Source of the DNA: Promethearchaeota archaeon
GTDB taxonomy: Archaea > Asgardarchaeota > Lokiarchaeia > Sigyniarchaeales > SOKP01
Assembly (NCBI GenBank): GCA_013375475.1
Contig: JABXKD010000017.1
Coordinates: 1-49,166 of the forward strand
DNA length: 49,166 nt
Reading direction: 5' to 3'
Part shown: one piece after another, positions 18,104 through 27,424 of the stretch
Position numbering within the stretch: position 1 is the first letter of the stretch
Layout of the letters: the number at the start of each line of letters is the position of its first letter
The notes under the pieces: generated by a model
What the model was told of the DNA's origin: nothing
What the model saw: only the letters and a program-made list of their open reading frames with translations
Databases searched by the model: none
Program-made: the position numbers and the translations under genes

Positions 18104-18655
18104 TTATTCTATATTATCTACTAATCCTTTTAATTGTGCCATCTTAAATTTACACTTCTCACCGCAACCCGATTCGAGCGTTGGGAGGTGTTCCTCGCTT
18201 TCGAAATCGACAGGCATTATGAAATCCTTAGCTATCTCTGTTACCATATTCATTGAGACAGATTGAACGCCAGGGTCGCTTCTGAAATGGTAATTTACAA
18301 TATTATCCAATTTATCGATTTTTGAGCTCGCAAGTAAAATACAGATGTTATGGGAACCACTTAATCGAAACGCGTTCAACATAAATGGGCAAAATCTTGC
18401 CATTTCAAGAATTTCATTTGGTCGTTTAGTATTCAATTCCACAGTGGCTAAAAATAAATCTACTTTTCTGAAATTTATCCCTGGCTGAAATTGGAGAATT
18501 CCTTCTTTTTCAAGCTTTTTTATTCTCATCCCAACAGTTGGTTGAGATCTATTAATTTTTAATGCAATTTCAGTGTGAGTTAAGTTTGGATCGTCTTGTA
18601 CTAATGTAATTATTCTGCGATCAATATCATCAAGTTTTAATTTCTCTGAAATCAT
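18104..18655 (-). CDS. Lrp/AsnC family transcriptional regulator
   Basis: LDDIDRRII....DP..THTEIA....SQPTVGMRIKKLEKEGIL; LSGSHNI. Confidence 0.9.
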   Translation of the reverse strand: MISEKLKLDDIDRRIITLVQDDPNLTHTEIALKINRSQPTVGMRIKKLEKEGILQFQPGINFRKVDLFLATVELNTKRPNEILEMARFCPFMLNAFRLSGSHNICILLASSKIDKLDNIVNYHFRSDPGVQSVSMNMVTEIAKDFIMPVDFESEEHLPTLESGCGEKCKFKMAQLKGLVDNIE

Positions 18656-18821
18656 ATCTATTAACTCTTAATAATTTTAATTCTATATTTAGATAATAAT
18701 TTTACAAATTAAAAGTATACTTATATTTTATAAATTATATAAAAAACAACACTAACTAATTTAAAATACCAATAAAGAAGGAATTCGTTTTTATAATAAA
18801 CATAAAATTAATCTATTTAAC

Positions 18822-19055
18822 TCAATCAATGGTTATTGCTCTTAATTTACAAGCAGTAGTACAAATATGACATTTAATGCAGTGATCTTCTCGTTCTTCT
18901 ACAACGGTGCACACAGGTTCGGAGTCTTTATTTAAAACTTCGTATATTCCTCTAAAGCAAGCCTCTTCACACGAAAAAGCTTCGCATCTTTTACATTTGC
19001 TAACATCTATATTATGAAATTTATAACTCACAATGTTTTCGGGTGTATCACTCAT
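18822..19055 (-). CDS. Ferredoxin-like 4Fe-4S protein
   Basis: CKRCEAFSCEEAC and CIKCHICTTAC motifs. Confidence 0.82.
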   Translation of the reverse strand: MSDTPENIVSYKFHNIDVSKCKRCEAFSCEEACFRGIYEVLNKDSEPVCTVVEEREDHCIKCHICTTACKLRAITID

Positions 19056-19173
19056 TATTTTAGTTAAAACTGAAACTCCATTTATCTCTATAGTTTATAT
19101 TATATAATGAAATTTATTTAAATCAATTTAATATAACTTTAATTAAATTAATCCCGTTTTGAGTAGTTTTAGA

Positions 19174-19842
19174 ATGTATCACAGCAAAATAGCACTTTTT
19201 GAAATCCCAAACCTCAAAAAAGGAGTTTTTTTAACTCGTCCTAATCGATTTGTAAGTGAAATTAAGCACAAACAAGAAGTAAAATCTGCTCATATTCACG
19301 ATCCTGGAAGGTTAACGGAGTTATTGATTAAGGGAAGTGAAGTTTTATTCACGGATTCTCGCGGAAAACTTGATTATTATGTTAAAGCCGTTAAAAAAGG
19401 AGAAGAATGGATTATTATTGATACGGCAATTCATTCTAAAATCGCTTCAACAATTTTTCCGTACATTCCTGCAACTGCGAAGGCAAAAGAAATAAGAAAA
19501 GAAGTGAAGATTGGCAAAAGTCGGATAGATTTCGTATTAGACGGCGTACCATTAGAAGTAAAGGGAGTAACCCTTGTAAATGGAGATTTAGCATTATTTC
19601 CTGACGCACCTACTGAGCGTGGAACCCGACATGTACAAGAAATTATTGATAACAATGGAATGCTTTTGTTTTTAGTATTTCGTAAAGCTTCTAAATTTAA
19701 ACCTAATTTTGAAACTGATCCCAAATTTTCAATAAAATTATCTGAAGCAAGAAAGAAGAAAATAACAATAATTGTAGCACAAATCAATTTTGATGGTAAA
19801 ACGATTTATTTCAATGGAACTCTCCCATTAGCAGAGTTTTAA
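19174..19842 (+). CDS. sfsA: SfsA family DNA/RNA nuclease (sugar fermentation stimulation protein)
   Basis: RPNRF, HDPGRL.ELL, SRIDF, EVKGVTL, FPDAPTERG.RH. ATG at 19174 preferred over TTG at 19159. Confidence 0.92.
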   Translation: MYHSKIALFEIPNLKKGVFLTRPNRFVSEIKHKQEVKSAHIHDPGRLTELLIKGSEVLFTDSRGKLDYYVKAVKKGEEWIIIDTAIHSKIASTIFPYIPATAKAKEIRKEVKIGKSRIDFVLDGVPLEVKGVTLVNGDLALFPDAPTERGTRHVQEIIDNNGMLLFLVFRKASKFKPNFETDPKFSIKLSEARKKKITIIVAQINFDGKTIYFNGTLPLAEF

Positions 19843-19872
19843 GGAAACGTGATTTTTAATGGATTAAGAAGT

Positions 19873-20175
19873 TCAATTACTCTTTTTCTTTTTCTTTTTT
19901 CGTTTCTTACCACGTACTTCAGGTTCTGGAGTGATATCTACATCAACTTCAGCGATAATAAAAGCTAGCAGTATAGGTCCAGCGCTGGAATATCGAGGAT
20001 CGGAAATGGCACTAAATTTTATATCTTTTACCTCGCAATTTTTGTCGCTTTGTCGTAAAATCTTCAGGTTTTTGTTAACTTTACGGGTAAATTCTGAAGG
20101 ATCTTCGTATGTCCCTCCGACCGCAAAGACTTGGTCCATTCTTACTATTTGAGGAATTGGTTTTTCTTCTTCCAT
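19873..20175 (-). CDS. Hypothetical protein with a polybasic C-terminal tail
   Basis: 100 aa ending RGKKRKKKKKKSN; co-oriented downstream of trxB. Confidence 0.7.
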   Translation of the reverse strand: MEEEKPIPQIVRMDQVFAVGGTYEDPSEFTRKVNKNLKILRQSDKNCEVKDIKFSAISDPRYSSAGPILLAFIIAEVDVDITPEPEVRGKKRKKKKKKSN

Positions 20176-20253
20176 ATTATTTTCCCAATTATTTGTTTTT
20201 TTTAATAAAAATTAAATTTCTTTGTTTTAAAAATTTAGTAGAATCTGAATGAT

Positions 20254-21213
20254 CTAATATTCAATATTCATCTTTTTAACATAATCGAAGGCGGAATAAG
20301 CTGCAATTACCCCTTCTGCTACCCCAGTTATAGCCTGTTTAAATGGTGCGTCCGCAACGTCGCCAGCAGCGAATACTCCAGGTACGTTTGTTTCTGACGT
20401 TCTATTAATAATAATTTCATCTTTATTATTTGTTTTTATACCTATGTGTTTTGCTAGATCTGAGTTAGGATTAGACCCTACTTCAATAAAAACACCATCT
20501 ATTTCAAATTCTGTGCCATTATCGAAAATGACTGCCCTAACATTATTATCCCCTTTAATCTCTACGATATTGGTTCTATAAATGATCTCAATTTTTTGAT
20601 TTGCCTTTACTCTTTTTTTATTTATAGGTTCGGCACGTATTTCTTCTCCTCGATATATGATATACACTTTTTTTACATTTTGAGATAAAAATAACGCTTC
20701 CTTTGCAGCAGAATCACTTCCACCAATCACACATACGGTTTTATCTTTATAAAATGGGCCGTCACATGTAGCGCAATAGGAAACGCCTTTTCCAGCAAAT
20801 TCCTCTTCACCGGTGACGCCTAACTTCTTCCTCTCCGATCCTGTAGCTATAACTACACTTTTTGCTTTAAACTTTTGAAAAAACGAGTGAAGAATGAAGT
20901 AATCACTAGTTTTCTCTATACTTCGAATTTCGTCCGTTATGTAAGGAATGTGCAAGGAATTCATGTGATCCTTAAACATTTCCATCAAACCTTGACCGCT
21001 TGTAGAGGTAATTCCGGGATAATTTTCTACAAGATGAGTTGTTGCGATTAAACCTCCAAAAATTTTACCTATGACTAATACATCTAATGCAAATCGAGCA
21101 GCATAGATTGCACAACCTATTGCAGTTGGACCACCGCCCAAAACAATAAGATCGTAGGTCTTTTCTGGATCAATATCTTCCATTTCTATATTATACATCC
21201 GTAAATCCTCCAT
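20254..21213 (-). CDS. trxB: Thioredoxin-disulfide reductase (low-Mr TrxR)
   Basis: GGGP FAD motif, [21 protein letters not shown] and [11 protein letters not shown]...QAI. Confidence 0.92.
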   Translation of the reverse strand: [319 protein letters not shown]

Positions 21214-21245
21214 TCATGCATTATTTAATAACTTTTATTTTCTTT

Positions 21246-21899
21246 TCATTTAGTCTTATTAATGAGTTCATATAGAAGCTCTTCAGCAGTAATATCTCCT
21301 ATTAGCTGCTTATCTTCATTAATTATTAATGTTGGAACAGTCGTAACATTATATTTTTCACTAATATCCGGATGAGCCATAATGTCAATTACATCTATCT
21401 GCAATTTTCCCTCTGATGCCAACGCGAACTGACTGCAAATCGATATAATTGTAGAACAATAAGCACAATAATCAGTAATTAATACTTTTATAACATTAGG
21501 GCTAATTTTATTCAGATTCTCATTTATAACATTCTTATAATAATTAGAAGATCCAGTAAGCACCATTAGTGCCTGTACAAATGGTTGAATTTTTGCTGCT
21601 GTAGGAACAGCTAAATAACGAATAATCACTTGATCTAAATCGTTAGTCATTAAAATTACAGGTACGTCTTGAATGTCATATTTTTTAATAAGAGTTGGTT
21701 TTGTTTCATACCTATGTTCTTCAATTTTAAGTAGCCCGTTAGAGGCTTTCTGATAGATATCCAAAACATCCAACATTTTTACTGATTCTTGGAGATTTTT
21801 CGATGATGTAAAGATCTTTAAAGTTACTGGCTTATTTAACTTTCCAATCTCCTCTTGAATCATTTTTTTATAAACATATGATATCGGCAATCTTTTCAA
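21246..21899 (-). CDS. Protein-disulfide oxidoreductase (two Trx folds; only the C-terminal CAYC retained)
   Basis: Paralog of the two upstream PDOs; CAYC and cis-Pro TVP; TTG start. Confidence 0.82.
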   Translation of the reverse strand: MKRLPISYVYKKMIQEEIGKLNKPVTLKIFTSSKNLQESVKMLDVLDIYQKASNGLLKIEEHRYETKPTLIKKYDIQDVPVILMTNDLDQVIIRYLAVPTAAKIQPFVQALMVLTGSSNYYKNVINENLNKISPNVIKVLITDYCAYCSTIISICSQFALASEGKLQIDVIDIMAHPDISEKYNVTTVPTLIINEDKQLIGDITAEELLYELINKTK

Positions 21900-22026
21900 C
21901 TCTTCAATAGACTATCTAAAAGCTTAATAATTTCTTACTCAGTATAAAAATAAAAAATATAAAAATTCTTCCTTACAGTTTTTATGACTAGTTTTTTAGA
22001 GCTGATTTCTAAATATTTAATTTAAA

Positions 22027-22710
22027 TTAGTACTGAACTCTAATGTTCCCCCCAATGAGCGATCTTAATATTTCATTTGCTCCAACCATCCCAACGAGCG
22101 TTTTTGAATCGTTTATAACAGTATAAGGCACCCCTGCAGCGTCATAATACTGACCTATGTCGGGATTCGCACTAATATCAATGATTACGGTTCTAATCTT
22201 CCCTTCAGAAGCAAGGGCAAATTGGTTTACTGTAGATACAACACTAGGACAGTATGGACACGTTTCTGTTATCATTACTTTGATAGTTGATGGTTCAATT
22301 CGATCGAGGTTTTGTTTTATTGTGGCTTCGTAATAATTCGGTGCTCCTGCAAATGTGAATAATGATTGGACAAATGGTTGGATTTCACCTCCTCGTGGAG
22401 CTGCTAAATAACGAATTAATTCTCTACCATCGTTATTAACAAATAAGATTGTTGGTACCCTCTGAATATCATAGCGTTTAGCGAACTCAGGATTATTGTC
22501 TATTGAGAGCTCTTCTATCGTCAATAACCCATGTGAATTTTCTTCATAAATTCTAAGGAGAGACATAAATTGGCCGCAATCCATACAAGCTTTAATTTTA
22601 CTCCCATCTACTTCCGTTCTTTGGGACGTAAAAACCTTTAATCTCACGGGTTTATTGAGTTTTGCCATCTCTCTTTTAATAATTTCCCTATATTTATTAT
22701 CTTCAGACAA
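22027..22710 (-). CDS. Protein-disulfide oxidoreductase (PDO / AhpF N-terminal-like)
   Basis: CMDC and CPYC, RVP and GVP cis-Pro loops, IRY...PxGxE; GAGGTG SD before the TTG. Confidence 0.88.
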   Translation of the reverse strand: MSEDNKYREIIKREMAKLNKPVRLKVFTSQRTEVDGSKIKACMDCGQFMSLLRIYEENSHGLLTIEELSIDNNPEFAKRYDIQRVPTILFVNNDGRELIRYLAAPRGGEIQPFVQSLFTFAGAPNYYEATIKQNLDRIEPSTIKVMITETCPYCPSVVSTVNQFALASEGKIRTVIIDISANPDIGQYYDAAGVPYTVINDSKTLVGMVGANEILRSLIGGNIRVQY

Positions 22711-22735
22711 TCAAAAACACCTCATAACGTGTAGA

Positions 22736-23431
22736 TTAAGCATACATTCCTCCAAAATCTCTTTGACCTTTTGTTAATTTATCTAACAAATCTTGTGGAG
22801 TAAACATTCCAACTATTCTTTCGCTCTCGTTTACAACAGTTAGTGGAACTCCTTGAACTTCATACTTTCTTGCGATGTCAGGATTTAAGCTAACATCAAT
22901 AACTTCTGCCGTTATTTTACCCTTAGATACTATTGCGAACAAAGTTAAAACTGGAACGGTCGCTGGACAATACGGGCAGGTTGGAGTTATGAATATCTTC
23001 ATCTCTGATTTATCGATCTTCTTTAAGTGAGTTAAAATTTGATCTGTATAACTAGGTCTAATACCAGAGAAATGTTGTATACTGCTTAAAAAAGGGTCAA
23101 ATTCAGATCCTGTAGGGTAAGCTGAATATCGGATGATTTCCTTCCCTTTGTCATTGATGAATAATATAGCTGGGATTCGAGTCACGTTATATTTTATTGC
23201 TTCTTCTGGACTTTCTTCGATAGATATCTCTTCGGCACTAAACTTTCCGTTTGATAATTCTTCAAGCGAATTCAACAAATTATACGTGCCCTCACAAGCA
23301 ATGCAAGTCCTTTTTTTCGAACCGTCATCCAAGGTTTTAAAATCGGTAAATAGCTTCAACACTACTTTAGCTTTTAATTTTGCCAGTTCTCTCTTAATTT
23401 TATCAATATCCTTTTTAGGAAAAATCATCAA
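22736..23431 (-). CDS. Protein-disulfide oxidoreductase (PDO / AhpF N-terminal-like)
   Basis: CIAC and TPTCPYCP, IRY...PTGSEF, VQGVP; GGTGA SD. Confidence 0.9.
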   Translation of the reverse strand: MMIFPKKDIDKIKRELAKLKAKVVLKLFTDFKTLDDGSKKRTCIACEGTYNLLNSLEELSNGKFSAEEISIEESPEEAIKYNVTRIPAILFINDKGKEIIRYSAYPTGSEFDPFLSSIQHFSGIRPSYTDQILTHLKKIDKSEMKIFITPTCPYCPATVPVLTLFAIVSKGKITAEVIDVSLNPDIARKYEVQGVPLTVVNESERIVGMFTPQDLLDKLTKGQRDFGGMYA

Positions 23432-23577
23432 ATCAAATCACCAATTAAATTTCTTTCTATTATGAATACTTCAATATACTCTTAAAATTTTTATTCGTTT
23501 AAATTATAAAAAACTTCATAGATAATCGATTTTAGGATTAAGTTTTTTAGATAATAAATTTAGAAAAATAAAGTATC

Positions 23578-24576
23578 CTATTCTATTAATAATTCTCCCA
23601 TGTCAACGAGTTTGTGTTTAGATCTTTGCTTTTTTCCAAAGAATTTTAATATCCAATACGCATCAGGGCAATATGTGGTAATATAACTTTTGCTATCCGC
23701 AGTTTCTGAATTAATATCTTCATTATCCTTAAATTCTTTCATTCTCTTAATTGCTATCATTTCAGAGATATCTGTTCTTAATTGATGCCCAACGCCTCCT
23801 CCACAACAGTTATGTGGGATAGGCAAAACATTATATCCACTATCTTCGTATATCTGTTTTAACTCCTCTTCTATACCCAGAAATTCTATATATTTTAAAG
23901 GGCAAGCGTGTTGAATAATTAGATTCCCTTTATTTTTTCTCACTCGTGGTGTTAAATATTCTGTAAAATATTCTATCTTAATACCTAACTCTTGATAGTG
24001 CTTTTTAAATACCATATAGCAACTCGGGCACACTGTTATGATTTTTTCAAATCCCATTTCGATAAAAAGCGTTTTATTTCTCTCTATTAGAATATTATAA
24101 GTATTAAGCTCTCCAGTACATAGAATTGGGTAACCACAGCATATTTCTTTTTCTAAAACATTAAAATCTACATTTTTACTTAACAAATACTTAGCTATGT
24201 TTTCACCATATTTCGGAGTTTTAACGGTAGTAAAACAACCAAAGTATAACAGAGTTTTACTTTTTAGATTTATACCATCGATAGCTTTAATGCGACTCTT
24301 ATTTAATTTAAATGGAGTTCCATATTTTTTAAGAACTTCAATTTGTTCCTTTAAACCTTCAATCTTATTTCCATCTTTTAGAAATTTTTGTTTTAACAGA
24401 AAACGCTCGTAATGCGTACCGCAAGCTCCACAATGAACGCAATTGTATAGCCTTAGATAGTCTCCTTGATTGAACTTATAATTTTCTTTAGTTTCTAATA
24501 ATTTTATCACTTCTTCATTTTCGATGAAGTGATCTGGGTCGACATCTCGGCAAGAACATTTATATTCTCTTTTCAT
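23578..24576 (-). CDS. CCG-domain Fe-S protein (HdrB/HdrD/GlpC-like)
   Basis: CVHCGAC, YFGC, EICCG, CPSC, HAC, NCCGGG, CPDA. Confidence 0.85.
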   Translation of the reverse strand: MKREYKCSCRDVDPDHFIENEEVIKLLETKENYKFNQGDYLRLYNCVHCGACGTHYERFLLKQKFLKDGNKIEGLKEQIEVLKKYGTPFKLNKSRIKAIDGINLKSKTLLYFGCFTTVKTPKYGENIAKYLLSKNVDFNVLEKEICCGYPILCTGELNTYNILIERNKTLFIEMGFEKIITVCPSCYMVFKKHYQELGIKIEYFTEYLTPRVRKNKGNLIIQHACPLKYIEFLGIEEELKQIYEDSGYNVLPIPHNCCGGGVGHQLRTDISEMIAIKRMKEFKDNEDINSETADSKSYITTYCPDAYWILKFFGKKQRSKHKLVDMGELLIE

Positions 24577-24585
24577 ATCACATGC

Positions 24586-25569
24586 CTATAGTAGTAATTC
24601 AAATAGATCTTTAGCTTTTGGACTTATTTTGCATAATTTGCTATACCTTGCTAAAATCCACCAACAACTCGGACAGTATGTTGTCGAAAAATCCCCTCCA
24701 GCTGTACCGAAATCGCTCATTCTTTTATTTGCAACTTTATCAATAACATCAGTTCGATGCATATAACCAAGACCACCACCGCAACACCAATGAGGTATAT
24801 CTAATACTTCATAGCCACTTTTTTCTAAAACATTATTTACTAGTTTATCAACCCCCTTCTTGTCGCGGTTCATCAGTTGGCAAAGATGTTGCACTCCTAT
24901 CTTTCCCGATTTTTTAACATCAGAGGGCTTCAAATAATCAGATATGTATTTAAATTCGGTATTCGAATCCATTGAAGGTTTATAATATTTATTAAAAAGA
25001 AAATAGCACGCAGGGCATAGACAGATTACTTTCTTGAATTCTTTGAAAATTTCGATGTTTTCCTTTTTACAAATTTCAAATTCGTTTTTACAACCTGAAG
25101 CGAACCAAGGCCATCCACAACATATTTCCTTATCTAAGATTGTAAAATCCACTTTATGGTTAAGTAAATATTCAAGTGCATGCTCTGTATATCTTGGAAT
25201 CCTAATTGTCGAAAGACAGCCCATATAAAAAAGGGTATCAGATTCGGTAGGAATTCCTTCAGGTCTTCTAATTCGCATCTTATTAGATGGATAGGGCGTT
25301 CGATATTTATTGAAACACTCTATCATCTCATCAAGCCCATCAACTGTATTCCCTTCCTCGAGATATTTTTGTTTTAAGAGTAAACGCTCTTCTTCTGTTT
25401 CACATTCACCGCAATGAACGCAATTGTAAAGTTTGTAATAATCATTTTGCACAAACTTAACATTATCTCCACTTTTGATTAAATTTCTTACTTCTTCATC
25501 GCTCAAATAATTATCAGGGTCAACTTCTTCGGTAGGATAATTTTTTCTACCTTTAAATCTCTCTTTCAT
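24586..25569 (-). CDS. CCG-domain Fe-S protein (HdrB/HdrD/GlpC-like)
   Basis: CVHCGEC, YMGC, EICCG, CPAC, HLC, WCCGGG, CPSC. ATG at 25569 follows an AGGTGG SD. Confidence 0.85.
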   Translation of the reverse strand: MKERFKGRKNYPTEEVDPDNYLSDEEVRNLIKSGDNVKFVQNDYYKLYNCVHCGECETEEERLLLKQKYLEEGNTVDGLDEMIECFNKYRTPYPSNKMRIRRPEGIPTESDTLFYMGCLSTIRIPRYTEHALEYLLNHKVDFTILDKEICCGWPWFASGCKNEFEICKKENIEIFKEFKKVICLCPACYFLFNKYYKPSMDSNTEFKYISDYLKPSDVKKSGKIGVQHLCQLMNRDKKGVDKLVNNVLEKSGYEVLDIPHWCCGGGLGYMHRTDVIDKVANKRMSDFGTAGGDFSTTYCPSCWWILARYSKLCKISPKAKDLFELLL

Positions 25570-25795
25570 TGTATCCACCTAAAGTTTGAAATTGAAAATC
25601 TTTATTAAAAATTTGGGTTTCGGTTTAAAAGCATTATAAGGGAAATTATACTTAGTTCAAATTTAAAGGATTTGTTAATTTAAGCTTTCTGAATTTAACG
25701 AAATTGGAGCCTTAACTAAACTAACTTTAATCGACTAACTTTTTATTTTTTTATAAATATAAGAAAAAAAGTAATTAGAAACTCCTAATATTAAT

Positions 25796-25951
25796 TTATT
25801 CTTTTTTTAACTTCACTCCCGTCCTCTGGAGTCCTACTTCTTTGTTTTCAGGTATGGGAGTACCGCAATTGTCTTTCTTTGCCTCATTCGCTTTAAAGGC
25901 TTTTTCTAATTCTGCCTCTAATTCTTCATCTGTGAGTTCTTTATTTGGCAT
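25796..25951 (-). CDS. Small protein (51 aa) with a single Cys
   Basis: Hand-translated MPNKELTDEELEAELEKAFKANEAKKDNCGTPIPENKEVGLQRTGVKLKKE*; visibly more GC-rich than its flanks. Confidence 0.65.
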   Translation of the reverse strand: MPNKELTDEELEAELEKAFKANEAKKDNCGTPIPENKEVGLQRTGVKLKKE

Positions 25952-26073
25952 ATAATATAATGAGAACTCGAAATATTTAAGGATTATATTTATAAAAAAT
26001 TGATCGAAATAATGAAAATGTTAGATTAATGCTACTAAAAAAAAAAGAATAAGTCTAAGTTAATTATATTAAT

Positions 26074-26436
26074 TTACTTAAAATGATCCATAACTGCCTT
26101 TTCCTTTTCAAAAGGGCGTCTTTCCGGAACATTAACAAATTCAGCGTTTATTGTTTCATAAAAATCTAATCGTAGGTACAAATTACAATAACACGCTCCA
26201 AATTCTTTTACATCATCGGGTGCGTAATCACAAGGACAAATAAGATCTCTATCTAATTCTCTATTTCCTGAAGCAAGACGGCATGGACAAGATTGATAAC
26301 CATAATATTTCTTGTTATCTACTAACCCATTTATTAAGTCATTCAATGGAACTTGGTCCTTATTTAGAATCCAATTGTTTTTCTGACTAACCATTCCAAT
26401 ATACTCTTTCATACCTTCGGTGGTTTCCATGTCCAT
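26074..26436 (-). CDS. Ferredoxin:thioredoxin reductase catalytic-subunit-like protein (FTR/FDR)
   Basis: CPC...CPC...CYC motifs and VPERRP. ATG at 26436 follows GGAGGT, next to the glutaredoxin stop. Confidence 0.92.
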   Translation of the reverse strand: MDMETTEGMKEYIGMVSQKNNWILNKDQVPLNDLINGLVDNKKYYGYQSCPCRLASGNRELDRDLICPCDYAPDDVKEFGACYCNLYLRLDFYETINAEFVNVPERRPFEKEKAVMDHFK

Positions 26437-26437
26437 T

Positions 26438-26755
26438 TTAATTACCTCCAAGTTTGATTAATTCTTCATATTTGCCAGGATTATAACCTACAACAAAGTC
26501 GTCATCCCATACTACAAACGGATAAGAAATTCTTTCTGGTTTATAAGTTTCCCTTAAAAATTGTAATATTTGTGATTTTTCACTCATATCAATCCTATCA
26601 ACATCTACATATCGATATTTTATACCTCTATCATTTAGAAAAGTTTTGCATTTCTTACACCACATGCAAGTTGAGAGGGTAAAGATGGTAACGTTATGTG
26701 CGTCCTTTTCCCCTTTAACTTCTTGCGCTAATCTTTCGATAAATTCTGGGAACAT
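26438..26755 (-). CDS. Glutaredoxin, methanoredoxin-like
   Basis: TLSTCMWCKK, YVDVD, ISYP and VVGY; adjacent to the FTR-like gene. Confidence 0.88.
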   Translation of the reverse strand: MFPEFIERLAQEVKGEKDAHNVTIFTLSTCMWCKKCKTFLNDRGIKYRYVDVDRIDMSEKSQILQFLRETYKPERISYPFVVWDDDFVVGYNPGKYEELIKLGGN

Positions 26756-26813
26756 TTTTTTTACCTTTGATTTTTAATATTTATTAATTTATGATTATTA
26801 TTATTGGTTCTTA

Positions 26814-27257
26814 CTATTTTACGAGATTTTTCTTCCAATTAGGATCTATACACTCTATAGCTTCTTCGGTGAGCTGTTTTAAATCGCTTTCACACGATCT
26901 TGAAAGTATTCCTAATTGCTCCAAAGCCCTCTTATCTCCAATTTTCATTAAACTCTCAACAATTAAAAACAGAAGACTTTTATTTTGCTCGTTTTCATGT
27001 TTTTCTAGCTCCCTTTTTAGCAATTCTACGATAAACATGGTAGATTTAGCATCCTTAATTTCACCCATAGCCTCAATAATTCTGTTTACGACTATTGTGT
27101 CTTGTTCTGAATTTAGGGCTCTCACTAATAAGTTTGTAGCCCTACCATCTTTTAAATGCCCTATCTGTCTTGCAGCAGAAGCACGTTCCATAATCTCACC
27201 ATGAAATAAATTTTTAATAACGAGATTGTATTCATTATCTCGAGAATCAGAATCCAT
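26814..27257 (-). CDS. HEAT (PBS-lyase-like) repeat protein
   Basis: RASAARQIGHLKDGRA, IEAMGEIKD and ESLMKIGDKRA repeats. Confidence 0.8.
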   Translation of the reverse strand: MDSDSRDNEYNLVIKNLFHGEIMERASAARQIGHLKDGRATNLLVRALNSEQDTIVVNRIIEAMGEIKDAKSTMFIVELLKRELEKHENEQNKSLLFLIVESLMKIGDKRALEQLGILSRSCESDLKQLTEEAIECIDPNWKKNLVK

Positions 27258-27424
27258 TAAGTATGTAAAATAGCTCAAGCATTAAAATTTGATTTTTATA
27301 AATTATTAAATCCAAGCATATTATTGGTTAATATCTATACAATTTTAAGGAAAAAACATTTGATATAAAACTAATCATGTCTTAAATATATCCTAGATAA
27401 AAACATATTTCGTTTAATGTTACT

